A stretch of 41,644 bases of DNA from a virus, in the IMG/VR virus record IMGVR_UViG_3300011432_000014; one strand, 5' to 3'. The notes under the pieces are model-generated. The model was given only the letters and a program-made list of their open reading frames with translations, was not told the origin of the DNA and searched no databases. A program made the position numbers and the translations under genes. Positions 24,558 through 33,552 of the stretch are shown piece by piece (the stretch's first letter is position 1; each line of letters begins with the position of its first letter).

Positions 24558-25104
24558 CTTGTAATTGTTTAATTATGAGTGCTAATTCTTCAATGGTCGT
24601 TTTATCTCTATCAATATGAAAACCCTGCTTATTAAACGAATTGAGCATCTTTATAAATTCATGCCTTGTTTGTGTTTCTGTTTTTACTTCTTCTTTTTTT
24701 ACTTCTTTCAATTTACCAAATTCAAATTCTTGATTTTTTAAATCCAATTCTTTTGCTCGTACCATACCAGAAACTCTTTTCAATTGACTCATGAATTTTT
24801 TCTCACTTCCATCCCATGTTATCTTGAAACCGTTCTTTTCAAACAAATCTAATCCATCTAAAAAAGGTTTATGAAATTCTTCAACATACATAGTTTGCAT
24901 TGCAACTAAACATTTGAGAGTATATATAGTGTTTTTCAAATAGTTAATATATGTAAACAATTCAAACTCTTTAGAACTGTATAATCCAGCCAAATCTATA
25001 TATTCAGAGTACGCTTCATCAAAATCTTCTTTTGAAAGTTCGGAATAGTCTTTACCAAACCACGCTCTCATAAAAGAATTTATAGTAATGTTTTCTACTT
25101 TCAT
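24523..25104 (-). CDS. Putative tail assembly chaperone
   Basis: 193-aa ORF immediately upstream of, and overlapping, the tape measure start. Confidence 0.5.
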   Translation of the reverse strand: MKVENITINSFMRAWFGKDYSELSKEDFDEAYSEYIDLAGLYSSKEFELFTYINYLKNTIYTLKCLVAMQTMYVEEFHKPFLDGLDLFEKNGFKITWDGSEKKFMSQLKRVSGMVRAKELDLKNQEFEFGKLKEVKKEEVKTETQTRHEFIKMLNSFNKQGFHIDRDKTTIEELALIIKQLQDESAKLALSRI

Positions 25105-25580
25105 TCGTAGAACAATTGATTTATTACTTGTTGAATATCTGGAGCAATTTCATTTTGATATAAATATTGCTCAGATTCATAGCTTAAATTTATTATAGCA
25201 TCGCCACTTCTTTCTTTAATTAGCCAAATTAAAGTATTATTACTTTTAACTTCGAAATCATCATCTCCATTAAATTGCACATAAAGAGAATTGTAAAACT
25301 GTCCACTCATATAGTTTGTGATATGGTCTGTAATAGAACCAATACCTTGACCAAACACATCTTTTCTCCATAAAGTATATCGAGCATAATTATATGTCTT
25401 TTGTCCACGCCTCGTTAAATATACTCGTTCATCGTTTCCATCAAAACCTTTTGCAAGTTGAGATTGCACCATTTTAACAATCTCTTTTTCCTCTAACTTC
25501 AACTCAACCTCTACAACCTCTGGTATTTGAGGTGTGAAATTCATTAATTTCTTTATCAATTTTTCAAGACCGAACAACAT
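25101..25580 (-). CDS. Putative tail assembly / tail-associated protein
   Basis: 159-aa ORF between the major tail and chaperone genes; ATGA overlap at 25101-25104. Confidence 0.45.
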   Translation of the reverse strand: MLFGLEKLIKKLMNFTPQIPEVVEVELKLEEKEIVKMVQSQLAKGFDGNDERVYLTRRGQKTYNYARYTLWRKDVFGQGIGSITDHITNYMSGQFYNSLYVQFNGDDDFEVKSNNTLIWLIKERSGDAIINLSYESEQYLYQNEIAPDIQQVINQLFYE

Positions 25581-25592
25581 ATCTTAAAATTT

Positions 25593-25624
25593 AAAAAAGA
25601 GCGCACCGCATTTAAGATGCGCTC
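25593..25624 (-). terminator. Intrinsic terminator/attenuator after the major tail gene
   Basis: Minus strand GAGCGCA-TCTTAAATGCGG-TGCGCTC-TTTTTT. Confidence 0.75.
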
Positions 25625-25656
25625 CCCAAAAATCAAAAATGGACAAATGCAAAGAA

Positions 25657-26586
25657 TCAAGGCGTTGTTACTGTAACTGGAGAAATAGCAATTCCGTAAA
25701 TATCATCAGCAGCCATATCTGCAGGTGTTGCACCAGATACCGTATATGCAGTTGCAGCAGTAAACGCACCAGCAAGTTCAATGGTAGTTCCAAGAACAGC
25801 AGCAGTTACAGGAACATCTGCACCAGTCGCAGCATTAATAACTGTAAAACCATCTGCCATTGCAACTAAATCAGCACCAAACTCAGCAGTTGCATCATCT
25901 CCGCAACAAGCATCTACTAAACCGACAATCAATTCGGATGTAGTATGAGGTCCAACATCAGTAAGTTCAAGGTCAATCAAACCTGTCAAGTCGAGCAACG
26001 GTTTAGCATCTTGCAAAAGAACCGCATTATCTACAAAATAATCAGGCATGTAACCTAATTGGAAATAAGACTTAGCTGGATTTTTCAAATCTGCCATGTC
26101 AATAGCTGGAGCAAACAAAGACGCTTTAAGACCGCCAAAAGTTCCGTCATGGTTGTCTTTGCATACAAGGTTTCCCTTAATGTCAACTTCCAATACTCTC
26201 ATATCTGCATTATTGAAACTCTTTAAAACTTTGGCAAAACAAAGTCCACCATCAGTAGTAGAGAATAACTTTGCGTATTGAGAATAACTAACGAAAATAA
26301 TAGTACCATCGTCAAGCGTAACAGTGTTATCTGTTCCCTTTGTATTAACCAATCCGTTTATAGGAATCTGGTTTCCGAACAAAGGGTAAATCTTATCGGG
26401 GGCATCTGCATGTACCCAATCTGTAAAAGCGGAAAGTATATCTGGATTATTTAAGTCGGCAAGCGTAAACTTGAACTTCTTATCCACGATAAACAACATT
26501 GCTGTTGCCGCAGGAAACAGATTAGAACCAGTGCCTGTGTTTTTAAGTTGTGAGCTTGTTTTACAAGCTCTTATTACAGCACTCAT
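25657..26586 (-). CDS. Major tail protein with C-terminal A/T/V-rich Ig-like extension (start refined to MSAVIRA at 26586)
   Basis: Lies between the connector genes and the chaperones/tape measure, followed by a terminator; C-terminus ...TAAVLGTTIELAGAFTAATAYTVSGATPADM. Confidence 0.65.
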   Translation of the reverse strand: MSAVIRACKTSSQLKNTGTGSNLFPAATAMLFIVDKKFKFTLADLNNPDILSAFTDWVHADAPDKIYPLFGNQIPINGLVNTKGTDNTVTLDDGTIIFVSYSQYAKLFSTTDGGLCFAKVLKSFNNADMRVLEVDIKGNLVCKDNHDGTFGGLKASLFAPAIDMADLKNPAKSYFQLGYMPDYFVDNAVLLQDAKPLLDLTGLIDLELTDVGPHTTSELIVGLVDACCGDDATAEFGADLVAMADGFTVINAATGADVPVTAAVLGTTIELAGAFTAATAYTVSGATPADMAADDIYGIAISPVTVTTP

Positions 26587-26588
26587 AT

Positions 26589-27104
26589 CTAACAATATTT
26601 TGTTGAGTTAATTAAAAATTGTACGTTATCTAAGTTAATGCAATCCACGAAGTCGTTCATACCAGATATAGGAACTGTACCAAGAACATCTACCTTAGTG
26701 TGAATAATTGTATTCGGGTCTTTAGAACTCATGTGGTCGTCCTTTGCAAAATTTCTAAGAAAGCTTTCGTAAACAGGATATAGTATTGTCTTGAAAACGT
26801 TTTGATAACGAGCCATAGGTTCATTGTCAGGATTAGTCAGCGCAGCAATCGTAATTCTACGAATATTGCAATCTGCATAAAGACCTGTTACGCCACGCCT
26901 CTCAACAAACGGCATGTACAAAGCAATGAGTACATACTTGCTGCCTTTCAGCGTTACGCTATTGTCTTTATCTTTCAAGTTTTGAAGGATATTGATAGCA
27001 TCTCCATAAGCATAATTTATTTCAATACCAAGTTCAAGTGCCGTATTTGCAACGATACTCCCTATAATATCTACTACGAAAACGCTATCTTCTTTCTTAG
27101 CCAT
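26589..27104 (-). CDS. Head-tail joining / tail terminator-like protein
   Basis: 171-aa ORF immediately upstream of the major tail gene; preceded by the conserved element. Confidence 0.45.
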   Translation of the reverse strand: MAKKEDSVFVVDIIGSIVANTALELGIEINYAYGDAINILQNLKDKDNSVTLKGSKYVLIALYMPFVERRGVTGLYADCNIRRITIAALTNPDNEPMARYQNVFKTILYPVYESFLRNFAKDDHMSSKDPNTIIHTKVDVLGTVPISGMNDFVDCINLDNVQFLINSTKYC

Positions 27105-27117
27105 CTTTTTTGTTTTT

Positions 27118-27134
27118 CCACAAAAAGAAAAATG
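27118..27134 (-). promoter_or_regulatory. Conserved element CATTTTTCTTTTTGTGGAAAA, 13 nt upstream of the 27104 ATG
   Basis: Plus strand CCACAAAAAGAAAAATG. Confidence 0.55.
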
Positions 27135-27143
27135 ATTATCCGA

Positions 27144-27653
27144 TTACAAGTCAAAGTCGTTCACAGGTCGCAGCATCCATAAGTCTACTGGACTCCATTC
27201 AGGGTAAATGTCCAAATTGTTCTCCATATAGATTACAAACTCTCCCATTTGTGCAGAACAAGTGTTCCACGCTTCCATGTACTTCATATAAATAGGCATG
27301 ATTTCAGCAGAGTCACCCTTTGGTCTCACTGTTCCAATTCCACTATTCCAAATTTGTTTATCTTTAATCCAATAGCAATAAACGTAGTAAGCAATAAGAC
27401 TTCCTTTTACAGTATCTGAAATATTGTAAACGAGTCCTTGCCACTCGCCTATGCCATCAATCAAATCAACAAATCTTTGAGTAGTGTCATCTTCATCAAA
27501 GCTCGTCCAAAGTTCATAACCGAGCATCTGTTTTAACAGTTGTTTCTCGTGCTTGGCTATGAATAAATTCAAGCTTTCTTCTATTTCCGGTTTGGAAGTA
27601 TTTGGGATATTTATATCTCCAACGAAGAACGAAACGTCAATTAGATTAGGCAT
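27144..27653 (-). CDS. Head-tail connector/adaptor-like protein
   Basis: 169-aa ORF between the capsid and tail genes. Confidence 0.45.
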   Translation of the reverse strand: MPNLIDVSFFVGDINIPNTSKPEIEESLNLFIAKHEKQLLKQMLGYELWTSFDEDDTTQRFVDLIDGIGEWQGLVYNISDTVKGSLIAYYVYCYWIKDKQIWNSGIGTVRPKGDSAEIMPIYMKYMEAWNTCSAQMGEFVIYMENNLDIYPEWSPVDLWMLRPVNDFDL

Positions 27654-27671
27654 TGCATTTAACTTTAAAGG

Positions 27672-27881
27672 TTAGCTTTCATCAGAACCATCTTCATCTG
27701 GCTCTTCGTAATCATCAGGTGTTTCTTGTGTCATTAAACCTTTCTCAATAAGCCTTTTTGCAGCATCTGGGTGCATCCTTACCGCTAAGCCTTGCTTGTG
27801 ATAAATGTTCTTTTCAGTAGGGAACACTCTGATGAAATTTTCACTGTAGTTGTCTAAAGTGACTACCTTTTCCTTTGCCAT
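27672..27881 (-). CDS. Small hypothetical protein with acidic tail
   Basis: 69-aa ORF downstream of the major capsid gene. Confidence 0.55.
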   Translation of the reverse strand: MAKEKVVTLDNYSENFIRVFPTEKNIYHKQGLAVRMHPDAAKRLIEKGLMTQETPDDYEEPDEDGSDES

Positions 27882-27937
27882 TATATTAAAATTAAGAGTT
27901 TAAAAAATTGGTTTAGATTTAGCTTTCCATATTACGA

Positions 27938-29302
27938 TTAAGGAGTTGCAGTTATTGCTGCAAGTACATTGGCAAAGCTATCATAAATGAAAGCGCCAGT
28001 GTACTGAGTATTAAAGAACTGATGAATTGCCATTTCACCAAGATACGTAATCAGGTTCTTGGTAAAGTCATCATTTTCCCAACCAAATGTGAGAATAAGT
28101 CCTTTGTAAATAAGAACCCTGTAATACTGCATAAATCCTGCTTGGAAGAAACCTACAGGGATACCTGGCTCTTCTACAACAGCAGCACCTGCAATTGTTC
28201 TTCCATCAGAAGTCACGAATGGAGGAAGCATGTAGTTACCACTGGTAGTAGCTTTGGTCAAATCCATGTTTGCGCTATCTACAGGATTAATGAATATAGT
28301 TATCGGGCCAGTGAGATTACCACTCCTTAACTGTGCAACGGCAGCCCTAAGAGCGTCCATGTAGTTAGGATTGGTAGTTTCAACACCAACCAAAGTGTAA
28401 GCAACAGACAAATTCCTGATACCAGTAGGCACTGTTGCAGAACCTGCACCTGCCAATAATGCGCTATTCAATGCAATAAGAATCTGATATCGAAGTTCAT
28501 CTTTAATCAAAGTTTCCATACCCTTAACGTCCCAAAGAAGTTCCTGTGCAACCTTATCGGTAGCGGCAATCTTCTTGTAGTTGGATATGGCAGTTGTTAA
28601 CTGAAAAGAAATTGCAGGTTTCAAAACTCCAGGCCCTACAAAACCGGCAGCTCCCTGAGGATTGGTTTTATTTACCCAAGCGTAAACAGGAGAATCAGTT
28701 GCGCCTTTGGTTACGTAATCCCAAAAAGTAGGCTGAACCCTTACCACATCATGCACTCCTGGCTCGTAAAAAGGCACTGGTAAACCAGTTCCAACATACG
28801 TATTAGAAGGCAGCATTGGGCTCGTTGCAACACGAGTATTAAGTTCCAATGGTTCTAAAGCCATTTTCTTTTTGTTGCGTATGCCTTCAAGAGCAGTTTT
28901 ATTGGTTTCAACCCAAGCTTCAATCTGTCCACGCAAAGTAAGCTGTTTGTCACCTGCTTTATTTGCACGAGTTTCAAATTCAAGCATTTGTTCATCAAGT
29001 TTAGAAAAACGAGCAAGAACTCCAGTTTTTTCATCACACAGGGAACGAACAGCTTCAAGAGGAAGTGTTTTCCAAGCTTCGCTCATTTGTTCAAACTGTT
29101 TGTAATTAGCATCACTTTTAATTTCCTCCTTTGCAGCCTGACGAACTTCTTTCAAAAGTTGCTTCTTCGCTTCTTCATCTTCGTCACTTCCAGAACCGCC
29201 GCCTTCTCTGTGATGAGCCATCCGAAAAGCTGTATGCCTCTTGGTTGGAAAGAATGAGGAATTATCATGCCCACTTGTTAAGTGGAAGAATTTTCTTTTC
29301 AT
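27938..29302 (-). CDS. Major capsid protein, HK97 fold
   Basis: 454 aa; ATGA overlap with the prohead protease; N-terminal coiled-coil delta-like segment; GPGVLKPAISF and the overall pattern fit the Phage_capsid family. Confidence 0.85.
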   Translation of the reverse strand: MKRKFFHLTSGHDNSSFFPTKRHTAFRMAHHREGGGSGSDEDEEAKKQLLKEVRQAAKEEIKSDANYKQFEQMSEAWKTLPLEAVRSLCDEKTGVLARFSKLDEQMLEFETRANKAGDKQLTLRGQIEAWVETNKTALEGIRNKKKMALEPLELNTRVATSPMLPSNTYVGTGLPVPFYEPGVHDVVRVQPTFWDYVTKGATDSPVYAWVNKTNPQGAAGFVGPGVLKPAISFQLTTAISNYKKIAATDKVAQELLWDVKGMETLIKDELRYQILIALNSALLAGAGSATVPTGIRNLSVAYTLVGVETTNPNYMDALRAAVAQLRSGNLTGPITIFINPVDSANMDLTKATTSGNYMLPPFVTSDGRTIAGAAVVEEPGIPVGFFQAGFMQYYRVLIYKGLILTFGWENDDFTKNLITYLGEMAIHQFFNTQYTGAFIYDSFANVLAAITATP

Positions 29303-30066
29303 TTTTTAAAATTTTTTAATAAGTAATTATAATCAATTACAGTAGTCGGCTTCTTTCCGCCAAGTGCTCTCTCACGTGGAGTTTGCGGCTCGGTTTCCAA
29401 AAGTGTTTTGTGTCTTCTAAACAATGTTCGTGCTTCAAGTTGGTCTTTGCGAGGAAGGCATTTAATAAATGCTTCAATCTCGTCATTCAACTCTTCAACC
29501 GCTTCATCTTTGTCCTGTTTATTGCGCAGCGCATAGGTAAAAGGGTCTGCTGCAAGTGAAACAGGACTTATTTCAAACAAACTCATCTCCAATACGATAA
29601 GGCTTTCAGTAGCCTCATCATATTCTAATTTATCCCAAACGTAGTTAAAACCAATAGAAAAATTATCTACTGTTTTGTTACGCAGGTGAATAAGAGTTCT
29701 ATCAGCATAGTCTACTTCATCAAAAGGATTAGTTCTGAAACGTAATCCAACTTCATCTTGCTCTAATGTTTCAAACAAGGCAAGAGGCTCTCTTCCATTA
29801 TGAAAATTAAGCATCTTAATAGGCATTTTTGCATTGGCTTGAGGTCCACGCTCGTTTATACTTTTAGATGCACATCCTTTTACGAATTGCTCTCCGTAAT
29901 CATTACGAGTATTCCATGTAACTCCATAGCCGGCCACAATACGATTCTCAAAATCGCTCGCCATACCTTCAGCGAGTCTACCGCCTTCGTTAACTGATAC
30001 ATTAGAATACTGAATTGGAGCTGCACGCTTCTTCAGTTCTGCAATCTTTGGATGAAGTAGTTTCAT
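29299..30066 (-). CDS. Prohead maturation protease (HK97 / S78-like)
   Basis: IVAGYGVTWNTRNDYGEQFVKGCASKSI...MLNFHNGREPLALFE; lies between the portal and capsid genes. Confidence 0.8.
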   Translation of the reverse strand: MKLLHPKIAELKKRAAPIQYSNVSVNEGGRLAEGMASDFENRIVAGYGVTWNTRNDYGEQFVKGCASKSINERGPQANAKMPIKMLNFHNGREPLALFETLEQDEVGLRFRTNPFDEVDYADRTLIHLRNKTVDNFSIGFNYVWDKLEYDEATESLIVLEMSLFEISPVSLAADPFTYALRNKQDKDEAVEELNDEIEAFIKCLPRKDQLEARTLFRRHKTLLETEPQTPRERALGGKKPTTVIDYNYLLKNFKK

Positions 30067-30079
30067 TTTCTGAGTTTTA

Positions 30080-30095
30080 CCACAAAAGAAAAATG
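30080..30095 (-). promoter_or_regulatory. Conserved element CATTTTTCTTTTGTGGTAAA, 13 nt upstream of the protease ATG
   Basis: Plus strand CCACAAAAGAAAAATG. Confidence 0.55.
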
Positions 30096-30098
30096 TTG

Positions 30099-30383
30099 TT
30101 AAACTGGTTCGTCTGGATATACCTCTTTATACGCTTCTTGTATATCGGTTAAATACTGGTCTGCAAGTTCAACCATGCCTTTTGCGTATTCATGGCTTTC
30201 TTCCTTAATCTCTTCTACTGCATCAGCTACTTCGTCTTCATCATCTGGTTTTTGTTCAATATCTGTTGCAGCAGATTCAAGTTGTGCAATGTAATCTTCT
30301 GTAGTTGCCCTTGCACTGATTCTAAATGCGTCACTTAATGCGAGTAGCTTTTGCGTGAAAAGCTTTGCTTGTTCAATAGCCAT
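30099..30383 (-). CDS. Acidic hypothetical protein
   Basis: 94-aa ORF rich in D/E (KPDDEDEVADAVEEIKEESHE) between the portal and protease genes. Confidence 0.6.
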   Translation of the reverse strand: MAIEQAKLFTQKLLALSDAFRISARATTEDYIAQLESAATDIEQKPDDEDEVADAVEEIKEESHEYAKGMVELADQYLTDIQEAYKEVYPDEPV

Positions 30384-30401
30384 TTTATTTGATTTTAGAG
30401 G

Positions 30402-31760
30402 TTACTGTTGATTTGCCGGAGCTTGTTCCGGTTCAGGATTTAAAGGAGGCGTAGGAGGAGGAACAGGCATAGAATAATATTCATCTCCACCTTCAACTGT
30501 ATCTAATTCCAGTGCCTGAAGATATTGATTCTTTGTAATGATACCAGTCTTATATTGAATATCAAGAGCTTCTGTACGATACTTTAAACCTTGTCCATTC
30601 GCTAACACAGCATCTTGCAACACAGGTATATCACCGAAGTAACAAGTCACATTAGTTTCGAAATAAGTAGTATACTTGAGCATATCCCGATTATTTTCAG
30701 GAATAGACACATTATTAAGTAACCAACGTTCTGAAGAAGTTCTATTTTCATACGTAGCATTTTTACCAGACATTAACTCGGCAGGGTAGCCGTATCTATC
30801 GCATATAGAATCTATACCCTGCCTAATTGTTGCTTTGGTATCTAACTCCTGTACATTATAACTCATAGGATTCCATTTCAAGCCGTGCCGAGTAACTACG
30901 TATTGGAATTGAGACCAAGATAGTCCGTAATTACTCAAATCGGTTTGAACTTCCAATTTTTCTTTTGGGGATAAAGGTACATATCCAGCAACAGGGTCTT
31001 TGGATGAGTCTTGGCTGATAAATCCAAGCGGACCTTTCTTACGAAGCAGCACATTATCTGCTTCCATTGCTGCCATAATATTAGATATTGCCCACTCGAG
31101 TCCTGCAATCTTAGAAAGTGGTAAACCAAAACACGAAGTTGCGCTCATATACCCATCTCTTACTAACATGATTTTTTTGGCAGGTATATTAAAAGTAAGT
31201 CCTTGTTGGTCGTCATACTCCCATTCTGAAATAGGATTAGGGGACTTTATTAAACTAAACTTTTCGTTTTCAACGGGAGTTAAAAAGAGAGGGTTTAGGT
31301 TCCAGAAATAAGAGGATGATTTATCTGGCTCGGACGGAAACTCCATTATGTAGACAGGACAGTAACCGTAGACTTTTTTATAAATCATTTGCTGACCTCT
31401 AAACTCGTACCAATCCTGCATAGGATTGGGGTTCTGCATTCTTCTTTTTACAGCTTTACCGTAACGAGTAGTATCGTAATCTTTGTTGTCATCAAGTACC
31501 TCGATGTATCCATTAAGGTCGGCATTGGCTTGGCGGTCAATTACAGACGCTAATGGAGAGCAATAGAGGTACGCCCAGTATTGCGCTTGCTTGTTTTGCA
31601 AGTTCTGCCACACAGCACTTTGCCCTGTAAGCAAAACATCTCCATCTCCGTTTAAGGGAATGAAGCCGACATTAGTGCTTGGCATTAGATTAGCCATTGA
31701 ACCAAAGATGTTAGACATAGGGTTTGTCAAGCTAACTAACCCCTCGTACTGATTTCTCAT
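30402..31760 (-). CDS. Portal protein
   Basis: 452 aa; position terL -> portal -> protease -> capsid; Pro-rich C-terminal tail. Confidence 0.8.
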   Translation of the reverse strand: MRNQYEGLVSLTNPMSNIFGSMANLMPSTNVGFIPLNGDGDVLLTGQSAVWQNLQNKQAQYWAYLYCSPLASVIDRQANADLNGYIEVLDDNKDYDTTRYGKAVKRRMQNPNPMQDWYEFRGQQMIYKKVYGYCPVYIMEFPSEPDKSSSYFWNLNPLFLTPVENEKFSLIKSPNPISEWEYDDQQGLTFNIPAKKIMLVRDGYMSATSCFGLPLSKIAGLEWAISNIMAAMEADNVLLRKKGPLGFISQDSSKDPVAGYVPLSPKEKLEVQTDLSNYGLSWSQFQYVVTRHGLKWNPMSYNVQELDTKATIRQGIDSICDRYGYPAELMSGKNATYENRTSSERWLLNNVSIPENNRDMLKYTTYFETNVTCYFGDIPVLQDAVLANGQGLKYRTEALDIQYKTGIITKNQYLQALELDTVEGGDEYYSMPVPPPTPPLNPEPEQAPANQQ

Positions 31761-31774
31761 TTATTTGGTTTTTT

Positions 31775-31791
31775 CCACAAAAGAAAAAATG
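31775..31791 (-). promoter_or_regulatory. Conserved element CCATTTTTTCTTTTGTGGAAAA, 14 nt upstream of the portal ATG
   Basis: Plus strand CCACAAAAGAAAAAATG. Confidence 0.55.
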
Positions 31792-31792
31792 G

Positions 31793-31981
31793 TTATGAAT
31801 TGATTGAGATTGCACAGGAAAAGTATTTCTTTGGCAGCACTGCGATAACTTCTTCTCCTTGCCTTAGTACAACGATGTCTTCGATAGTCATTACCTCGTC
31901 ACATATACAGAAAAACTTCTCGCCGTACCATGCTTTTCGATAAACGTATAGTTTTCGCTTGGGTTTTTCTTCTTCCTTCAT
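31793..31981 (-). CDS. Small hypothetical protein
   Basis: 62-aa ORF; ATGA overlap with the upstream gene. Confidence 0.5.
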   Translation of the reverse strand: MKEEEKPKRKLYVYRKAWYGEKFFCICDEVMTIEDIVVLRQGEEVIAVLPKKYFSCAISINS

Positions 31982-32163
31982 AACTCGGTTATGATTTTAA
32001 AGAACTCTTCGTAACTGTATTCTTTATCCTTTACGATAACGCATTTTCGAGGGATTTCCTGAAATCCAAGAAAGCACTTGTATGGACTATCAGGAAGCCT
32101 TACTACAAAAAGAAAATAGTGTTCAATTTCACCTTTCATTATTAGTTCGTCGGTATGTGCCAT
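31978..32163 (-). CDS. Small hypothetical protein
   Basis: 61-aa ORF. Confidence 0.5.
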   Translation of the reverse strand: MAHTDELIMKGEIEHYFLFVVRLPDSPYKCFLGFQEIPRKCVIVKDKEYSYEEFFKIITEL

Positions 32164-32324
32164 AATAGGTTGAATATGTAGATGATTGCAATAACAAAAG
32201 CAATGACTCCAAGTATCTTTTTGAATTCAGGCCCAACTACATTGTTAGGCAAATACCTGATTGCTGCAATAACTAATGCAAGTATAACAATAACGATAGC
32301 GAGGTGTAATAGTATGTGTGCCAT
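32142..32324 (-). CDS. Small two-TM membrane protein (holin-like or exclusion-type candidate)
   Basis: Two hydrophobic helices, HLAIVIVILALVIAAI and ILGVIAFVIAIIYIFNLL. Confidence 0.55.
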   Translation of the reverse strand: MAHILLHLAIVIVILALVIAAIRYLPNNVVGPEFKKILGVIAFVIAIIYIFNLLWHIPTN

Positions 32325-32341
32325 CTTAGCGAAGTTTTATT

Positions 32342-32358
32342 CCACAAAAGAAAAAATG
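32342..32358 (-). promoter_or_regulatory. Conserved element CCATTTTTTCTTTTGTGGAATAAA, 17 nt upstream of the 32324 ATG
   Basis: Plus strand CCACAAAAGAAAAAATG. Confidence 0.55.
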
Positions 32359-32442
32359 GTTGGGCAGCCGGCTTATCTGATTCGACTAAGGGAATGTTTT
32401 CATTCTTTCCGCTTTCGTTTTGTGGCTTCCAGAATCCTTTCG

Positions 32443-33552
32443 TCAACTGCGATAGAAGTGCGAATACGCACCGTATCTAATCGCATCCAGTAAGTGGTTA
32501 TGTCCATCTAACGGTTTGTTAGTAGGATTACCCAACTCATCAACAGTCCAAATATACTTTTCGGTTTCATCCTTAATGTGTCGTCCCATATAGTAGATGT
32601 TATATTCTTTTAGCTTTTCAATCCCTGCGTTCAACGAGCCTCCCCCTTTCTTTGCAGCAATCGCTCGAATGTCCAATTGCTTCATCTGTTTAATCATGTG
32701 CGGGTCGTGTTCGCAGTAAACTACACTGTTGTCGGTATATCCATGAGCAACCAATACTTCCTGAATACGTTTCGCAGTCATTGCGCCAGTCTTGTACGCT
32801 AACTCCTCGACGTATAGCGAATCCCTTTTCCTTTCCATCTTCACCATTGCGGTAGGGTCATTCGTATAACCAAAATCAATAGCAAAGAACGGTTCTTCCC
32901 AATCCACAGAGTCAATCATCTCCCAATCAGGAAAGATTAAGCCCTTAACATTGCCGGTAACTCCTCTTGCATACACCTTCCAAAGTTCGGCATCCTTAAT
33001 ACCCTCGATTTCCTGATGTTGCCGCAAAGAAAGAAAAGGGTTGTGTACATGCCAACTTCTAAAGAACACAGTGCCAGGTTCGTCCTTCACTTTTTCATGA
33101 GCCCAAAACTTAACAGTGGGGTTGTAGTCAATAATGCTCAATTCACTTCGGGAGTCTAACTGCCACCAAGTCATGTAATCAAACGTATTCGCCTCGTTCA
33201 CGAACAGGATATCACGTTTCGGGCCTCGAGCATCAAATTCAGTTTCATACGTTTTAAACTCCATTACGCTACCGCTATTCCATAAGGTAACGTGGTCGCT
33301 TTTCCGGTGCTGCTTTATCGCAGGAGCAAAAGTCGGCAGAACGTATCTTTCGAAATCTCGCATTGCACCAGCTCGAAGATGCGGAAACGACTTTGAAGTA
33401 ATGGTAATCGTTTTCTGACTTCTTGCTGCAATAGTTGCCAAAGCTGCAAGAATATTAACCGTCTTTCCGCTGTATTGACCTCCCTGATGAATGATACGTC
33501 TTGCTGTAGTTGTAACAGCAAGGGTGTCTTCAAAGATACAGCTCGTTTTCAT
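32443..33552 (-). CDS. terL: Terminase large subunit
   Basis: Walker A-like IHQGGQYSGKT, Walker B-like DILFVNEAN, nuclease-domain-like FFAIDFGYTNDPTAM; lies upstream of the portal gene. Confidence 0.8.
   Translation of the reverse strand: MKTSCIFEDTLAVTTTARRIIHQGGQYSGKTVNILAALATIAARSQKTITITSKSFPHLRAGAMRDFERYVLPTFAPAIKQHRKSDHVTLWNSGSVMEFKTYETEFDARGPKRDILFVNEANTFDYMTWWQLDSRSELSIIDYNPTVKFWAHEKVKDEPGTVFFRSWHVHNPFLSLRQHQEIEGIKDAELWKVYARGVTGNVKGLIFPDWEMIDSVDWEEPFFAIDFGYTNDPTAMVKMERKRDSLYVEELAYKTGAMTAKRIQEVLVAHGYTDNSVVYCEHDPHMIKQMKQLDIRAIAAKKGGGSLNAGIEKLKEYNIYYMGRHIKDETEKYIWTVDELGNPTNKPLDGHNHLLDAIRYGAYSHFYRS

Noticed and set aside
24523-25580. Programmed -1 frameshift between the two genes upstream of the tape measure (G/GT-type chaperone)
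   Set aside because: The two ORFs are joined by a simple ATGA stop/start overlap, and I found no obvious slippery heptamer. The 35-nt overlap of 24523..25104 with the tape-measure start is a normal overlap.
8701-33533. Nested minus-strand ORFs in alternative frames (8701..8898, 16710..16949, 16989..17237, 17817..18005, 19863..20072, 21719..21910, 28855..29058, 30935..31129, 33315..33533, 38494..38679)
   Set aside because: They are fully contained in larger genes with recognisable products (exonuclease-like, tail, tape measure, capsid, portal, terL). Their compositions are K/L/Q-rich frame-shift artefacts.
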